Shown here: positions 62,324-64,000 of the stretch, piece by piece
Position numbering within the stretch: position 1 is the stretch's first letter
Layout: every line of letters begins with the position of its first letter
Source of the DNA: Chlamydiia bacterium
GTDB taxonomy: Bacteria > Chlamydiota > Chlamydiia > Chlamydiales > Rhabdochlamydiaceae
Assembly: GCA_963804085.1 (NCBI GenBank)
Contig: CAWDOQ010000002.1
Location: 224,001-288,000, forward strand
DNA length: 64,000 bases
Reading direction: 5' to 3'
The notes under the pieces: generated by a model
Seen by the model: the letters and a program-made list of their open reading frames with translations, nothing else
The model's database searches: none
Told to the model about the DNA's origin: nothing
Translations under genes and position numbers: made by a program

Positions 62324-63115
62324 ATGACAAAACAAGAAGAGATCATAAGTTATCTAAGAACGCTACGCGAGCAGATTATCGCTGCATTTCAAGCGTTTGA
62401 GACGCGTGGCCACTTTGAACGAAAAAAATGGGAGTACCAAAAGGGGAGCGGTGGTGGAGAGATGGCGGTGCTTCGCGGAGAGGTCTTTGAAAAAGCTGCG
62501 GTGAACTTCTCCAGTATCACGGGCGCAAGCTTTCCGATGGAGGATGGATCGGGTCCTTTCTTTGCGACAGGCATCAGCCTCATCACCCACATGAGCAACC
62601 CACATGCGCCGACTGTGCATATGAACTTGCGCTACATCGAGACGGAGAAGCGCTTTTGGTTCGGCGGTGGATATGACCTTACGCCGATGGGCTTTCCCTA
62701 CGACGAAGACACCGAGCATTTTCATAGAGTGGCTCGCAAGTCTCTAGATCCCTTTGGGCAAGAGATCTATCCTCAATTTTCACAAAATGCCGCCACCTAT
62801 TTCTTCATCCCTCATTATCAAAAAGAGCGAGGCGTTGGAGGCATCTTCTTCGACCACTTTCACACAGATAACCCAACACAGGATCTTGCTCTCTGGCAAG
62901 CTGTCGGCAACCACTTTCTAGATGCGATTATTCCCATCTACCAAAAGCGCATCGCCACCCCCTTCACGCCCGAAGAAAAAGCGATCCAGCTTCGCGCGCG
63001 CTCCCACTACGTCGAGTTCAATCTTCTCTACGATCGCGGCACCCAATTCGGCTTCCGCTCCGGCGGCAATCCCGAAGCGATCCTCTGCTCCATGCCCCCT
63101 CTCGCCAGCTGGTAA
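62324..63115 (+). CDS. hemF: Oxygen-dependent coproporphyrinogen III oxidase
   Basis: PTVHMNLRY, WFGGGYDLTP, RGVGGIFFD, YVEFNLLYDRGT. Confidence 0.96.
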   Translation: MTKQEEIISYLRTLREQIIAAFQAFETRGHFERKKWEYQKGSGGGEMAVLRGEVFEKAAVNFSSITGASFPMEDGSGPFFATGISLITHMSNPHAPTVHMNLRYIETEKRFWFGGGYDLTPMGFPYDEDTEHFHRVARKSLDPFGQEIYPQFSQNAATYFFIPHYQKERGVGGIFFDHFHTDNPTQDLALWQAVGNHFLDAIIPIYQKRIATPFTPEEKAIQLRARSHYVEFNLLYDRGTQFGFRSGGNPEAILCSMPPLASW

Positions 63116-63120
63116 GACAG

Positions 63121-63403
63121 ATGCTTAAAAATGTTAAAAATGGTGTTCTTCTTCCTGTCAAAGTCATTCCCGGGCGCTTCTTTTAATACCGTTGTCGGAT
63201 GGGAAAATGAAGAGCTCAAAGTACGCCTCACTGCAGTACCCGAAAAAGGAAAAGCCAACGACGCGCTCATCGCTTTTCTTGCCAAGCTCTGGAAGTTGCC
63301 CAAAAGCGCTTTTTCAATTGAATCGGGAAAAACCAGCCGCCATAAAAAACTCCTCATCCACGGGGTCTCCATCGACATGGTCTTGCACTGGCTTGATTCT
63401 TGA
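63121..63403 (+). CDS. DUF167/YggU-family protein (apparent frameshift near 63170)
   Basis: MLKNVKNGVLLPVKVIP from 63121 joins PGAS...LKVRLTAVPEKGKAN...GKTSRHK in the adjacent frame. Confidence 0.85.
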
Positions 63404-63458
63404 TTAATATTTTTACTTGGCATAACTTCTTGCCAAAATTTTTAGGACAGGAGGGGAT

Positions 63459-64000
63459 ATGAGCAATCAGCAACTAACATTGGAGGGAACTAAGTCGTCT
63501 TTCGAAGAGTTAAAGAAGATCAACCAGCATGGGGTGGAGTATTGGAGCGCACGCGAGCTACAAGAATTGCTAGGATATTCCCAGTGGAGACGCTTTGAGG
63601 ATGCGATTAAAAGAGCAAAAGAGTCGTGCAAACAATCAGGAAATGATCCCAAAAACCATTTTGCCGGCACCGGCAAAATGGTTAAAGATTGCCACCTCTC
63701 TCGCTTTGCTTGTTACCTCATCATCCAGAATGGCGATCCGCGCAAACCGGAAATCGCTCATGCTCAAAAGTACTTTGCCATGCAGACCCGCCGGTTAGAG
63801 CTCTCTAACGAGATGGCCTTCGGCATCTTGCACGACGCTGGCTGCAAAGGCCTCTATGGCGGCCTTGCAGCGGATGCCATCAAAGCGCGCAAAGGAATCC
63901 ACGTCAAAGAACAGCTAACGGATCGAATGGACAGGACAGAACTGGCAGCTAATCAGTTCCTGATGTCCCAAGCACGAGAAAAACTCAAACAGGAAAATAT
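63459..64000 (+). CDS. dinD: DinD-like DNA-damage-inducible protein (partial, apparently with internal deletions)
   Basis: Manual translation: EYWSARELQELLGY..WRRF, LSRFACYLIIQNGDPRK.EIA.AQ.YFA.QTRR, GLYGG, TELAANQF; aggagg RBS. Confidence 0.8.
   Translation, partial: MSNQQLTLEGTKSSFEELKKINQHGVEYWSARELQELLGYSQWRRFEDAIKRAKESCKQSGNDPKNHFAGTGKMVKDCHLSRFACYLIIQNGDPRKPEIAHAQKYFAMQTRRLELSNEMAFGILHDAGCKGLYGGLAADAIKARKGIHVKEQLTDRMDRTELAANQFLMSQAREKLKQEN

Overview
This 64 kb window is chromosomal DNA, most likely from an environmental member of the Chlamydiota (inferred from the dapF-clpP-glyA and lon-tsaB-rpsU-dnaJ gene orders, a CdsZ/CT398-like gene next to rnpB, and a SWIM-SNF2 N-terminus). Housekeeping genes (dapF, clpP, glyA, rnpB, xerC, ABC-F, folE, rnz, lon, dnaJ, cyoABCDE, hemF) alternate with accessory DNA: toxin-antitoxin genes and relics, an intact IS3-family element inserted in a REP-like repeat, a cluster of detoxification-type enzymes, effector-like proteins with eukaryotic-type targeting signals, and a two-gene autotransporter cassette bounded by 140-bp direct repeats. 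The best candidate for an unusual system is a biotin locus: bioB-bioF-bioD-bioA plus a ferritin-like diiron (BioE-type) gene, with no bioC/bioH/bioW/bioI in the operon. It faces a divergent winged-helix/beta-barrel fusion gene across a perfect 8-5-8 palindrome. Two small genes absent or incomplete in the ORF track were also read: a 59-aa CxC-rich lipoprotein directly after cyoE and a histone-H1-like basic peptide. Several conserved genes carry single-base homopolymer frameshifts that are probably assembly errors. All calls come from reading motifs by eye; no database searches were run.
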